A stretch of 64,000 nucleotides of DNA, from NCBI GenBank assembly GCA_964057225.1, contig OZ059897.1, forward strand, positions 17,856,001 to 17,920,000. Direction: 5' to 3'. Shown here piece by piece: positions 12,301-26,300 of the stretch. Origin of the DNA: Auanema rhodensis (taxonomy: Eukaryota; Animalia; Nematoda). Positions within the stretch are counted from its first letter, which is position 1, and each line of letters starts with the position of its first letter. A program made the translations under genes and the position numbers. The notes under the pieces were generated by a model. The model did not search any database, was not told where the DNA came from, and was given only the letters and a program-made list of their open reading frames with translations.

Positions 12301-12990
12301 TCAGTTGATATCTCGGTGCATTTTTAAGCTAGCGCAAATCTGATAACACAGATCGACGCAGCTTAAAAATCCGCATCGAATGCACTATACTACATTGAGA
12401 AACCCTTAATACAAAAATTAGTTATGATCGTTTGAAAAATGATGCATTAGTGTATGTTGAGTTTCCATGTACACTCAACATTGCTTCCAAAAACATTTTG
12501 ACAAAAATTTTTTCGAAAAATTTCAAAATAATTTAGCAAAAAGTAGATGTTTTTAGATTCCATTTTTCAAAGCAAAGACGATGGACAATGTTATTCAACG
12601 AAAAAAGTAATTCTTCAGGGTGAAAATCGAGGATATAAGTGTGAACTTATATCAGTTGATATCTCGGTGCATTTTTAAGCTAGCGCAAATCTGATAACAC
12701 AGATCGACGCAGCTTAAAAATCCGCATCGAATGCACTATACTACATTGAGAAACGCTTAATACAAAAATTAGTTATAATCGTTTGAAAAATGATGCATTA
12801 GTGTATGTTGAGTTTCCATGTACACTCAACATTGCTTCCAAAAACATTTTGACAAAAATTTTTTCGAAAAATTTCGAAATAATTTAGCAAAAAGTAGATG
12901 TTTTTAGATTTCATTTTCCAAGGAGAAGACGATGGACAATGTTATTCAACGAAAAAATTAATTCTTCAGGGTGAAAATCGAGGATATAAG
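352..12990. repeat. Higher-order repeat domain 1: 8-10-monomer unit (core 8-mer of 2809 bp)
   Basis: The same ordered series of monomer haplotypes occurs at 352-3862 (10-mer), 3863-6671 and 6672-9480 (8-mers) and partially at 11236-12990. It is marked by G116C (GAAACCCTT), CAAAGCAAAG, GGAGAAG and a +T insertion at 2677-2683, 5837-5843 and 8646-8652. Confidence 0.88.
9481..11235. repeat. Run of five apparently identical monomers carrying private C188T
   Basis: GTACACTTAAC instead of GTACACTCAAC in the monomers starting 9481, 9832, 10183, 10534 and 10885 only. Confidence 0.92.
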
Positions 12991-14394
12991 TGTGAACTTA
13001 TATCAGTTGATATCTCGGTGCATTTTTAAGCTAGCGCAAATCTGATAACACAGATCGACGCAGCTTAAAAATCCGCATCGAATGCACTATACTACATCGA
13101 GAAACGCTTAATACAAAAATTAGTTATAATCGTTTGAAAAATGATGCATTAGTGTATGTTGAGTTTCCATGTACACTCAACATTGCTTCCAAAAACATTT
13201 TGACAAAAATTTTTTCGAAAAATTTCAAAATAATTTAGCAAAAAGTAGATGTTTTTAGATTCCATTTTTCAAGGCAAAGACGATGGACAATGTTATTCAA
13301 CGAAAAAAGTAATTCTTCAGGGTGAAAATCGAGGATATAAGTGTGAACTTATATCAGTTGATATCTCGGTGCATTTTTAAGCTAGCGCAAATCTGATAAC
13401 ACAGATCGACGCAGCTTAAAAATCCGCATCGAATGCACTATACTACATTGAGAAACGCTTAATACAAAAATTAGTTATAATCGTTTGAAAAATGATGCAT
13501 TAGTGTATGTTGAGTTTCCATGTACACTCAACATTGCTTCCAAAAACATTTTGACAAAAATTTTTTCGAAAAATTTCAAAATAATTTAGCAAAAAGTAGA
13601 TGTTTTTAGATTCCATTTTTCAAAGCAAAGACGATGGACAATGTTATTCAACGAAAAAAGTAATTCTTCAGGGTGAAAATCGAGGATATAAGTGTGAACT
13701 TATATCAGTTGATATCTCGGTGCATTTTTAAGCTAGCGCAAATCTGATAACACAGATCGACGCAGCTTAAAAATCCGCATCGAATGCACTATACTACATT
13801 GAGAAACGCTTAATACAAAAATTAGTTATAATCGTTTGAAAAATGATGCATTAGTGTATGTTGAGTTTCCATGTACACTCAACATTGCTTCCAAAAACAT
13901 TTTGACAAAAATTTTTTCGAAAAATTTCGAAATAATTTAGCAAAAAGTAGATGTTTTTAGATTTCATTTTCCAAGGAGAAGACGATGGACAATGTTATTC
14001 AACGAAAAAATTAATTCTTCAGGGTGAAAATCGAGGATATAAGTGTGAACTTATATCAGTTGATATCTCGGTGCATTTTTAAGCTAGCGCAAATCTGATA
14101 ACACAGATCGACGCAGCTTAAAAATCCGCATCGAATGCACTATACTACATCGAGAAACGCTTAATACAAAAATTAGTTATAATCGTTTGAAAAATGATGC
14201 ATTAGTGTATGTTGAGTTTCCATGTACACTCAACATTGCTTCCAAAAACATTTTGACAAAAATTTTTTCGAAAAATTTCAAAATAATTTAGCAAAAAGTA
14301 GATGTTTTTAGATTCCATTTTTCAAGGCAAAGACGATGGACAATGTTATTCAACGAAAAAAGTAATTCTTCAGGGTGAAAATCGAGGATATAAG

Positions 14395-17300
14395 TGTGAA
14401 CTTATATCAGTTGATATCTCGGTGCATTTTTAAGCTAGCGCAAATCTGATAACACAGATCGACGCAGCTTAAAAATCCGCATCGAATGCACTATACTACA
14501 TTGAGAAACGCTTAATACAAAAATTAGTTATAATCGTTTGAAAAATGATGCATTAGTGTATGTTGAGTTTCCATGTACACTCAACATTGCTTCCAAAAAC
14601 ATTTTGACAAAAATTTTTTCGAAAAATTTCAAAATAATTTAGCAAAAAGTAGATGTTTTTAGATTTCATTTTCCAAGGCGAAGACGATGGACAATGTTAT
14701 TCAACGAAAAAATTAATTCTTCAGGGTGAAAATCGAGGATATAAGTGTGAACTTATATCAGTTGATATCTCGGTGCATTTTTAAGCTAGCGCAAATCTGA
14801 TAACACAGATCGACGCAGCTTAAAAATCCGCATCGAATGCACTATACTACATCGAGAAACGCTTAATACAAAAATTAGTTATAATCGTTTGAAAAATGAT
14901 GCATTAGTGCATGTTGAGTTTCCATGTACACTCAACATTGCTTCCAAAAACATTTTGACAAAAATTTTTTCGAAAAATTTCAAAATAATTTAGCAAAAAG
15001 TAGATGTTTTTAGATTTCATTTTTCAAGGCAAAGACGATGGACAATGTTATTCAACGAAAAAATTAATTCTTCAGGGTGAAAATCGAGGATATAAGTGTG
15101 AACTTATATCAGTTGATATCTCGGTGCATTTTTAAGCTAGCGCAAATCTGATAACACAGATCGACGCAGCTTAAAAATCCGCATCGAATGCACTATACTA
15201 CATTGAGAAACGCTTAATACAAAAATTAGTTATAATCGTTTGAAAAATGATGCATTAGTGTATGTTGAGTTTCCATGTACACTCAACATTGCTTCCAAAA
15301 ACATTTTGACAAAAATTTTTTCGAAAAATTTCAAAATAATTTAGCAAAAAGTAGATGTTTTTAGATTTCATTTTCCAAGGCGAAGACGATGGACAATGTT
15401 ATTCAACGAAAAAATTAATTCTTCAGGGTGAAAATCGAGGATATAAGTGTGAACTTATATCAGTTGATATCTCGGTGCATTTTTAAGCTAGCGCAAATCT
15501 GATAACACAGATCGACGCAGCTTAAAAATCCGCATCGAATGCACTATACTACATCGAGAAACGCTTAATACAAAAATTAGTTATAATCGTTTGAAAAATG
15601 ATGCATTAGTGTATGTTGAGTTTCCATGTACACTCAACATTGCTTCCAAAAACATTTTGACAAAAATTTTTTCGAAAAATTTCAAAATAATTTAGCAAAA
15701 AGTAGATGTTTTTAGATTTCATTTTTCAAGGCAAAGACGATGGACAATGTTATTCAACGAAAAAATTAATTCTTCAGGGTGAAAATCGAGGATATAAGTG
15801 TGAACTTATATCAGTTGATATCTCGGTGCATTTTTAAGCTAGCGCAAATCTGATAACACAGATCGACGCAGCTTAAAAATCCGCATCGAATGCACTATAC
15901 TACATTGAGAAACGCTTAATACAAAAATTAGTTATAATCGTTTGAAAAATGATGCATTAGTGTATGTTGAGTTTCCATGTACACTCAACATTGCTTCCAA
16001 AAACATTTTGACAAAAATTTTTTCGAAAAATTTCAAGATAATTTAGCAAAAAGTAGATGTTTTTAGATTTCATTTTCCAAGGCGAAGACGATGGACAATG
16101 TTATTCAACGAAAAAATTAATTCTTCAGGGTGAAAATCGAGGATATAAGTGTGAACATATATCAGTTGATATCTCGGTGCATTTTTAAGCTAGCGCAAAT
16201 CTGATAACACAGATCGACGCAGCTTAAAAATCCGCATAGAATGCACTATACTACATTGAGAAACGCTTAATACAAAAATTAGTTATGATCGTTTGAAAAA
16301 TGATGCATTAGTGTATGTTGAGTTTCCATGTACACTCAACATTGCTTCCAAAAACATTTTGACAAAAATTTTTTCGAAAAATTTCAAAATAATTTAGCAA
16401 AAAGTAGATGTTTTTAGATTTCATTTTTCAAGGCAAAGACGATGGACAATGTTATTCAACGAAAAAATTAATTCTTCAGGGTGAAAATCGAGGATATAAG
16501 TGTGAACTTATATCAGTTGATATCTCGGTGCATTTTTAAGCTAGCGCAAATCTGATAACACAGATCGACGCAGCTTAAAAATCCGCATCGAATGCACTAT
16601 ACTACATTGAGAAACGCTTAATACAAAAATTAGTTATAATCGTTTGAAAAATGATGCATTAGTGTATGTTGAGTTTCCATGTACACTCAACATTGCTTCC
16701 AAAAACATTTTGACAAAAATTTTTTCGAAAAATTTCAAGATAATTTAGCAAAAAGTAGATGTTTTTAGATTTCATTTTCCAAGGCGAAGACGATGGACAA
16801 TGTTATTCAACGAAAAAATTAATTCTTCAGGGTGAAAATCGAGGATATAAGTGTGAACATATATCAGTTGATATCTCGGTGCATTTTTAAGCTAGCGCAA
16901 ATCTGATAACACAGATCGACGCAGCTTAAAAATCCGCATCGAATGCACTATACTACATCGAGAAACGCTTAATACAAAAATTAGTTATAATCGTTTGAAA
17001 AATGATGCATTAGTGTATGTTGAGTTTCCATGTACACTCAACATTGCTTCCAAAAACATTTTGACAAAAATTTTTTCGAAAAATTTCAAAATAATTTAGC
17101 AAAAAGTAGATGTTTTTAGATTCCATTTTTCAAGGCAAAGACGATGGACAATGTTATTCAACGAAAAAAGTAATTCTTCAGGGTGAAAATCGAGGATATA
17201 AGTGTGAACTTATATCAGTTGATATCTCGGTGCATTTTTAAGCTAGCGCAAATCTGATAACACAGATCGACGCAGCTTAAAAATCCGCATCGAATGCACT

Positions 17301-20300
17301 ATACTACATCGAGAAACGCTTAATACAAAAATTAGTTATAATCGTTTGAAAAATGATGCATTAGTGTATGTTGAGTTTCCATGTACACTCAACATTGCTT
17401 CCAAAAACATTTTGACAAAAATTTTTTCGAAAAATTTCAAAATAATTTAGCAAAAAGTAGATGTTTTTAGATTCCATTTTTCAAGGCAAAGACGATGGAC
17501 AATGTTATTCAACGAAAAAATTAATTCTTCAGGGTGAAAATCGAGGATATAAGTGTGAACTTATATCAGTTGATATCTTGGTGCATTTTTAAGCTAGCGC
17601 AAATCTGATAACACAGATCGACGCAGCTTAAAAATCCGCATCGAATGCACTATACTACATTGAGAAACGCTTAATACAAAAATTAGTTATGATCGTTTGA
17701 AAAATGATGCATTAGTGTATGTTGAGTTTCCATGTACACTCAACATTGCTTCCAAAAACATTTTGACAAAAATTTTTTCGAAAAATTTCAAAATAATTTA
17801 GCAAAAAGTAGATGTTTTTAGATTCCATTTTTCAAGGCAAAGACGATGGACAATGTTATTCAACGAAAAAAGTAATTCTTCAGGGTGAAAATCGAGGATA
17901 TAAGTGTGAACTTATATCAGTTGATATCTTGGTGCATTTTTAAGCTAGCGCAAATCTGATAACACAGATCGACGCAGCTTAAAAATCCGCATCGAATGCA
18001 CTATACTACATTGAGAAACGCTTAATACAAAAATTAGTTATGATCGTTTGAAAAATGATGCATTAGTGTATGTTGAGTTTCCATGTACACTCAACATTGC
18101 TTCCAAAAACATTTTGACAAAAATTTTTTCGAAAAATTTCAAAATAATTTAGCAAAAAGTAGATGTTTTTAGATTCCATTTTTTAAGGCAAAGACGATGG
18201 ACAATGTTATTCAACGAAAAAAGTAATTCTTCAGGGTGAAAATCGAGGATATAAGTGTGAACTTATATCAGTTGATATCTCGGTGCATTTTTAAGCTAGC
18301 GCAAATCTGATAACACAGATCGACGCAGCTTAAAAATCCGCATCGAATGCACTATACTACATCGAGAAACGCTTAATACAAAAATTAGTTATAATCGTTT
18401 GAAAAATGATGCATTAGTGTATGTTGAGTTTCCATGTACACTCAACATTGCTTCCAAAAACATTTTGACAAAAATTTTTTCGAAAAATTTCAAAATAATT
18501 TAGCAAAAAGTAGATGTTTTTAGATTCCATTTTTTAAGGCAAAGACGATGGACAATGTTATTCAACGAAAAAAGTAATTCTTCAGGGTGAAAATCGAGGA
18601 TATAAGTGTGAACTTATATCAGTTGATATCTCGGTGCATTTTTAAGCTAGCGCAAATCTGATAACACAGATCGACGCAGCTTAAAAATCCGCATCGAATG
18701 CACTATACTACATTGAGAAACGCTTAATACAAAAATTAGTTATAATCGTTTGAAAAATGATGCATTAGTGTATGTTGAGTTTCCATGTACACTCAACATT
18801 GCTTCCAAAAACATTTTGACAAAAATTTTTTCGAAAAATTTCAAAATAATTTAGCAAAAAGTAGATGTTTTTAGATTCCATTTTCCAAGGCGAAGACGAT
18901 GGACAATCTTATTCAACGAAAAAATTAATTCTTCAGGGTGAAAATCGAGGATATAAGTGTGAACTTATATCAGTTGATATCTCGGTGCATTTTTAAGCTA
19001 GCGCAAATCTGATAACACAGTTCGACGCAGCTTAAAAATCCGCATCGAATGCACTATACTACATCGAGAAACGCTTAATACAAAAATTAGTTATAATCGT
19101 TTGAAAAATGATGCATTAGTGCATGTTGAGTTTCCATGTACACTCAACATTGCTTCCAAAAACATTTTGACAAAAATTTTTTCGAAAAATTTCAAAATAA
19201 TTTAGCAAAAAGTAGATGTTTTTAGATTTCATTTTTCAAGGCAAAGACGATGGACAATGTTATTCAACGAAAAAATTAATTCTTCAGGGTGAAAATCGAG
19301 GATATAAGTGTGAACTTATATCAGTTGATATCTCGGTGCATTTTTAAGCTAGCGCAAATCTGATAACACAGATCGACGCAGCTTAAAAATCCGCATCGAA
19401 TGCACTATACTACATTGAGAAACGCTTAATACAAAAATTAGTTATAATCGTTTGAAAAATGATGCATTAGTGTATGTTGAGTTTCCATGTACACTCAACA
19501 TTGCTTCCAAAAACATTTTGACAAAAATTTTTTCGAAAAATTTCAAAATAATTTAGCAAAAAGTAGATGTTTTTAGATTTCATTTTCCAAGGCGAAGACG
19601 ATGGACAATGTTATTCAACGAAAAAATTAATTCTTCAGGGTGAAAATCGAGGATATAAGTGTGAACTTATATCAGTTGATATCTCGGTGCATTTTTAAGC
19701 TAGCGCAAATCTGATAACACAGATCGACGCAGCTTAAAAATCCGCATCGAATGCACTATACTACATCGAGAAACGCTTAATACAAAAATTAGTTATAATC
19801 GTTTGAAAAATGATGCATTAGTGTATGTTGAGTTTCCATGTACACTCAACATTGCTTCCAAAAACATTTTGACAAAAATTTTTTCGAAAAATTTCAAAAT
19901 AATTTAGCAAAAAGTAGATGTTTTTAGATTTCATTTTTCAAGGCAAAGACGATGGACAATGTTATTCAACGAAAAAATTAATTCTTCAGGGTGAAAATCG
20001 AGGATATAAGTGTGAACTTATATCAGTTGATATCTCGGTGCATTTTTAAGCTAGCGCAAATCTGATAACACAGATCGACGCAGCTTAAAAATCCGCATCG
20101 AATGCACTATACTACATTGAGAAACGCTTAATACAAAAATTAGTTATAATCGTTTGAAAAATGATGCATTAGTGTATGTTGAGTTTCCATGTACACTCAA
20201 CATTGCTTCCAAAAACATTTTGACAAAAATTTTTTCGAAAAATTTCAAGATAATTTAGCAAAAAGTAGATGTTTTTAGATTTCATTTTCCAAGGCGAAGA

Positions 20301-23300
20301 CGATGGACAATGTTATTCAACGAAAAAATTAATTCTTCAGGGTGAAAATCGAGGATATAAGTGTGAACATATATCAGTTGATATCTCGGTGCATTTTTAA
20401 GCTAGCGCAAATCTGATAACACAGATCGACGCAGCTTAAAAATCCGCATCGAATGCACTATACTACATCGAGAAACGCTTAATACAAAAATTAGTTATAA
20501 TCGTTTGAAAAATGATGCATTAGTGTATGTTGAGTTTCCATGTACACTCAACATTGCTTCCAAAAACATTTTGACAAAAATTTTTTCGAAAAATTTCAAA
20601 ATAATTTAGCAAAAAGTAGATGTTTTTAGATTTCATTTTTCAAGGCAAAGACGATGGACAATGTTATTCAACGAAAAAATTAATTCTTCAGGGTGAAAAT
20701 CGAGGATATAAGTGTGAACTTATATCAGTTGATATCTCGGTGCATTTTTAAGCTAGCGCAAATCTGATAACACAGATCGACGCAGCTTAAAAATCCGCAT
20801 CGAATGCACTATACTACATTGAGAAACGCTTAATACAAAAATTAGTTATAATCGTTTGAAAAATGATGCATTAGTGTATGTTGAGTTTCCATGTACACTC
20901 AACATTGCTTCCAAAAACATTTTGACAAAAATTTTTTCGAAAAATTTCAAGATAATTTAGCAAAAAGTAGATGTTTTTAGATTTCATTTTCCAAGGCGAA
21001 GACGATGGACAATGTTATTCAACGAAAAAATTAATTCTTCAGGGTGAAAATCGAGGATATAAGTGTGAACATATATCAGTTGATATCTCGGTGCATTTTT
21101 AAGCTAGCGCAAATCTGATAACACAGATCGACGCAGCTTAAAAATCCGCATCGAATGCACTATACTACATCGAGAAACGCTTAATACAAAAATTAGTTAT
21201 AATCGTTTGAAAAATGATGCATTAGTGTATGTTGAGTTTCCATGTACACTCAACATTGCTTCCAAAAACATTTTGACAAAAATTTTTTCGAAAAATTTCA
21301 AAATAATTTAGCAAAAAGTAGATGTTTTTAGATTCCATTTTTCAAGGCAAAGACGATGGACAATGTTATTCAACGAAAAAAGTAATTCTTCAGGGTGAAA
21401 ATCGAGGATATAAGTGTGAACTTATATCAGTTGATATCTCGGTGCATTTTTAAGCTAGCGCAAATCTGATAACACAGATCGACGCAGCTTAAAAATCCGC
21501 ATCGAATGCACTATACTACATCGAGAAACGCTTAATACAAAAATTAGTTATAATCGTTTGAAAAATGATGCATTAGTGTATGTTGAGTTTCCATGTACAC
21601 TCAACATTGCTTCCAAAAACATTTTGACAAAAATTTTTTCGAAAAATTTCAAAATAATTTAGCAAAAAGTAGATGTTTTTAGATTCCATTTTTCAAGGCA
21701 AAGACGATGGACAATGTTATTCAACGAAAAAATTAATTCTTCAGGGTGAAAATCGAGGATATAAGTGTGAACTTATATCAGTTGATATCTTGGTGCATTT
21801 TTAAGCTAGCGCAAATCTGATAACACAGATCGACGCAGCTTAAAAATCCGCATCGAATGCACTATACTACTTTGAGAAACGCTTAATACAAAAATTAGTT
21901 ATGATCGTTTGAAAAATGATGCATTAGTGTATGTTGAGTTTCCATGTACACTCAACATTGCTTCCAAAAACATTTTGACAAAAATTTTTTCGAAAAATTT
22001 CAAAATAATTTAGCAAAAAGTAGATGTTTTTAGATTCCATTTTTCAAGGCAAAGACGATGGACAATGTTATTCAACGAAAAAAGTAATTCTTCAGGGTGA
22101 AAATCGAGGATATAAGTGTGAACTTATATCAGTTGATATCTTGGTGCATTTTTAAGCTAGCGCAAATCTGATAACACAGATCGACGCAGCTTAAAAATCC
22201 GCATCGAATGCACTATACTACATTGAGAAACGCTTAATACAAAAATTAGTTATGATCGTTTGAAAAATGATGCATTAGTGTATGTTGAGTTTCCATGTAC
22301 ACTCAACATTGCTTCCAAAAACATTTTGACAAAAATTTTTTCGAAAAATTTCAAAATAATTTAGCAAAAAGTAGATGTTTTTAGATTCCATTTTTTAAGG
22401 CAAAGACGATGAACAATGTTATTCAACGAAAAAAGTAATTCTTCAGGGTGAAAATCGAGGATATAAGTGTGAACTTATATCAGTTGATATCTCGGTGCAT
22501 TTTTAAGCTAGCGCAAATCTGATAACACAGATCGACGCAGCTTAAAAATCCGCATCGAATGCACTATACTACATTGAGAAACGCTTAATACAAAAATTAG
22601 TTATAATCGTTTGAAAAATGATGCATTAGTGTATGTTGAGTTTCCATGTACACTCAACATTGCTTCCAAAAACATTTTGACAAAAATTTTTTCGAAAAAT
22701 TTCAAAATAATTTAGCAAAAAGTAGATGTTTTTAGATTCCATTTTTTAAGGCAAAGACGATGGACAATGTTATTCAACGAAAAAAGTAATTCTTCAGGGT
22801 GAAAATCGAGGATATAAGTGTGAACTTATATCAGTTGATATCTCGGTGCATTTTTAAGCTAGCGCAAATCTGATAACACAGATCGACGCAGCTTAAAAAT
22901 CCGCATCGAATGCACTATACTACATTGAGAAACGCTTAATACAAAAATTAGTTATAATCGTTTGAAAAATGATGCATTAGTGTATGTTGAGTTTCCATGT
23001 ACACTCAACATTGCTTCCAAAAACATTTTGACAAAAATTTTTTCGAAAAATTTCAAAATAATTTAGCAAAAAGTAGATGTTTTTAGATTCCATTTTCCAA
23101 GGCGAAGACGATGGACAATCTTATTCAACGAAAAAATTAATTCTTCAGGGTGAAAATCGAGGATATAAGTGTGAACTTATATCAGTTGATATCTCGGTGC
23201 ATTTTTAAGCTAGCGCAAATCTGATAACACAGTTCGACGCAGCTTAAAAATCCGCATCGAATGCACTATACTACATCGAGAAACGCTTAATACAAAAATT

Positions 23301-26300
23301 AGTTATAATCGTTTGAAAAATGATGCATTAGTGTATGTTGAGTTTCCATGTACACTCAACATTGCTTCCAAAAACATTTTGACAAAAATTTTTTCGAAAA
23401 ATTTCAAAATAATTTAGCAAAAAGTAGATGTTTTTAGATTCCATTTTTCAAGGCAAAGACGATGGACAATGTTATTCAACGAAAAAAGTAATTCTTCAGG
23501 GTGAAAATCGAGGATATAAGTGTGAACTTATATCAGTTGATATCTTGGTGCATTTTTAAGCTAGCGCAAATCTGATAACACAGATCGACGCAGCTTAAAA
23601 ATCCGCATCGAATGCACTATACTACATTGAGAAACGCTTAATACAAAAATTAGTTATGATCGTTTGAAAAATGATGCATTAGTGTATGTTGAGTTTCCAT
23701 GTACACTCAACATTGCTTCCAAAAACATTTTGACAAAAATTTTTTCGAAAAATTTCAAAATAATTTAGCAAAAAGTAGATGTTTTTAGATTCCATTTTTT
23801 AAGGCAAAGACGATGGACAATGTTATTCAACGAAAAAAGTAATTCTTCAGGGTGAAAATCGAGGATATAAGTGTGAACTTATATCAGTTGATATCTCGGT
23901 GCATTTTTAAGCTAGCGCAAATCTGATAACACAGATCGACGCAGCTTAAAAATCCGCATCGAATGCACTATACTACATTGAGAAACGCTTAATACAAAAA
24001 TTAGTTATAATCGTTTGAAAAATGATGCATTAGTGTATGTTGAGTTTCCATGTACACTCAACATTGCTTCCAAAAACATTTTGACAAAAATTTTTTCGAA
24101 AAATTTCAAAATAATTTAGCAAAAAGTAGATGTTTTTAGATTCCATTTTCCAAGGCGAAGACGATGGACAATCTTATTCAACGAAAAAATTAATTCTTCA
24201 GGGTGAAAATCGAGGATATAAGTGTGAACTTATATCAGTTGATATCTCGGTGCATTTTTAAGCTAGCGCAAATCTGATAACACAGTTCGACGCAGCTTAA
24301 AAATCCGCATCGAATGCACTATACTACATCGAGAAACGCTTAATACAAAAATTAGTTATAATCGTTTGAAAAATGATGCATTAGTGTATGTTGAGTTTCC
24401 ATGTACACTCAACATTGCTTCCAAAAACATTTTGACAAAAATTTTTTCGAAAAATTTCAAAATAATTTAGCAAAAAGTAGATGTTTTTAGATTCCATTTT
24501 TCAAGGCAAAGACGATGGACAATGTTATTCAACGAAAAAATTAATTCTTCAGGGTGAAAATCGAGGATATAAGTGTGAACTTATGTCAGTTGATATCTCG
24601 GTGCATTGTTAAGCTAGCGCAAATCTGATAACACAGATCGACGCAGCTTTAAAATCCGCATCGAATGCACTATACTACATTGAGAAACGCTTAATACAAA
24701 AATTAGTTATAATCGTTTGAAAAATGATGCATTAGTGTATGTTGAGTTTCCATGTACACTCAACATTGCTTCCAAAAACATTTTGACAAAAATTTTTTCG
24801 AAAAATTTCAAAATAATTTAGCAAAAAGTAGATGTTTTTAGATTCCATTTTTTAAGGCAAAGACGATGGACAATGTTATTCAACGAAAAAATTAATTCTT
24901 CAGGGTGAAAATCGAGGATATAAGTGTGAACTTATATCAGTTGATATCTTGGTGCATTTTTAAGCTAGCGCAAATCTGATAACACAGATCGACGCAGCTT
25001 AAAAATCCGCATCGAATGCACTATACTACATTGAGAAACGCTTAATACAAAAATTAGTTATGATCGTTTGAAAAATGATGCATTAGTGTATGTTGAGTTT
25101 CCATGTACACTCAACATTGCTTCCAAAAACATTTTGACAAAAATTTTTTCGAAAAATTTCAAAATAATTTAGCAAAAAGTAGATGTTTTTAGATTCCATT
25201 TTTCAAGGCAAAGACGATGGACAATGTTATTCAACGAAAAAAGTAATTCTTCAGGGTGAAAATCGAGGATATAAGTGTGAACTTATATCAGTTGATATCT
25301 CGGTGCATTTTTAAGCTAGCGCAAATCTGATAACACAGATCGACGCAGCTTAAAAATCCGCATCGAATGCACTATACTACATTGAGAAACGCTTAATACA
25401 AAAATTAGTTATAATCGTTTGAAAAATGATGCATTAGTGTATGTTGAGTTTCCATGTACACTCAACATTGCTTCCAAAAACATTTTGACAAAAATTTTTT
25501 CGAAAAATTTCAAAATAATTTAGCAAAAAGTAGATGTTTTTAGATTTCATTTTCCAAGGCGAAGACGATGGACAATGTTATTCAACGAAAAAATTAATTC
25601 TTCAGGGTGAAAATCGAGGATATAAGTGTGAACTTATATCAGTTGATATCTCGGTGCATTTTTAAGCTAGCGCAAATCTGATAACACAGATCGACGCAGC
25701 TTAAAAATCCGCATCGAATGCACTATACTACATCGAGAAACGCTTAATACAAAAATTAGTTATAATCGTTTGAAAAATGATGCATTAGTGCATGTTGAGT
25801 TTCCATGTACACTCAACATTGCTTCCAAAAACATTTTGACAAAAATTTTTTCGAAAAATTTCAAAATAATTTAGCAAAAAGTAGATGTTTTTAGATTTCA
25901 TTTTTCAAGGCAAAGACGATGGACAATGTTATTCAACGAAAAAATTAATTCTTCAGGGTGAAAATCGAGGATATAAGTGTGAACTTATATCAGTTGATAT
26001 CTCGGTGCATTTTTAAGCTAGCGCAAATCTGATAACACAGATCGACGCAGCTTAAAAATCCGCATCGAATGCACTATACTACATTGAGAAACGCTTAATA
26101 CAAAAATTAGTTATAATCGTTTGAAAAATGATGCATTAGTGTATGTTGAGTTTCCATGTACACTCAACATTGCTTCCAAAAACATTTTGACAAAAATTTT
26201 TTCGAAAAATTTCAAAATAATTTAGCAAAAAGTAGATGTTTTTAGATTTCATTTTCCAAGGCGAAGACGATGGACAATGTTATTCAACGAAAAAATTAAT

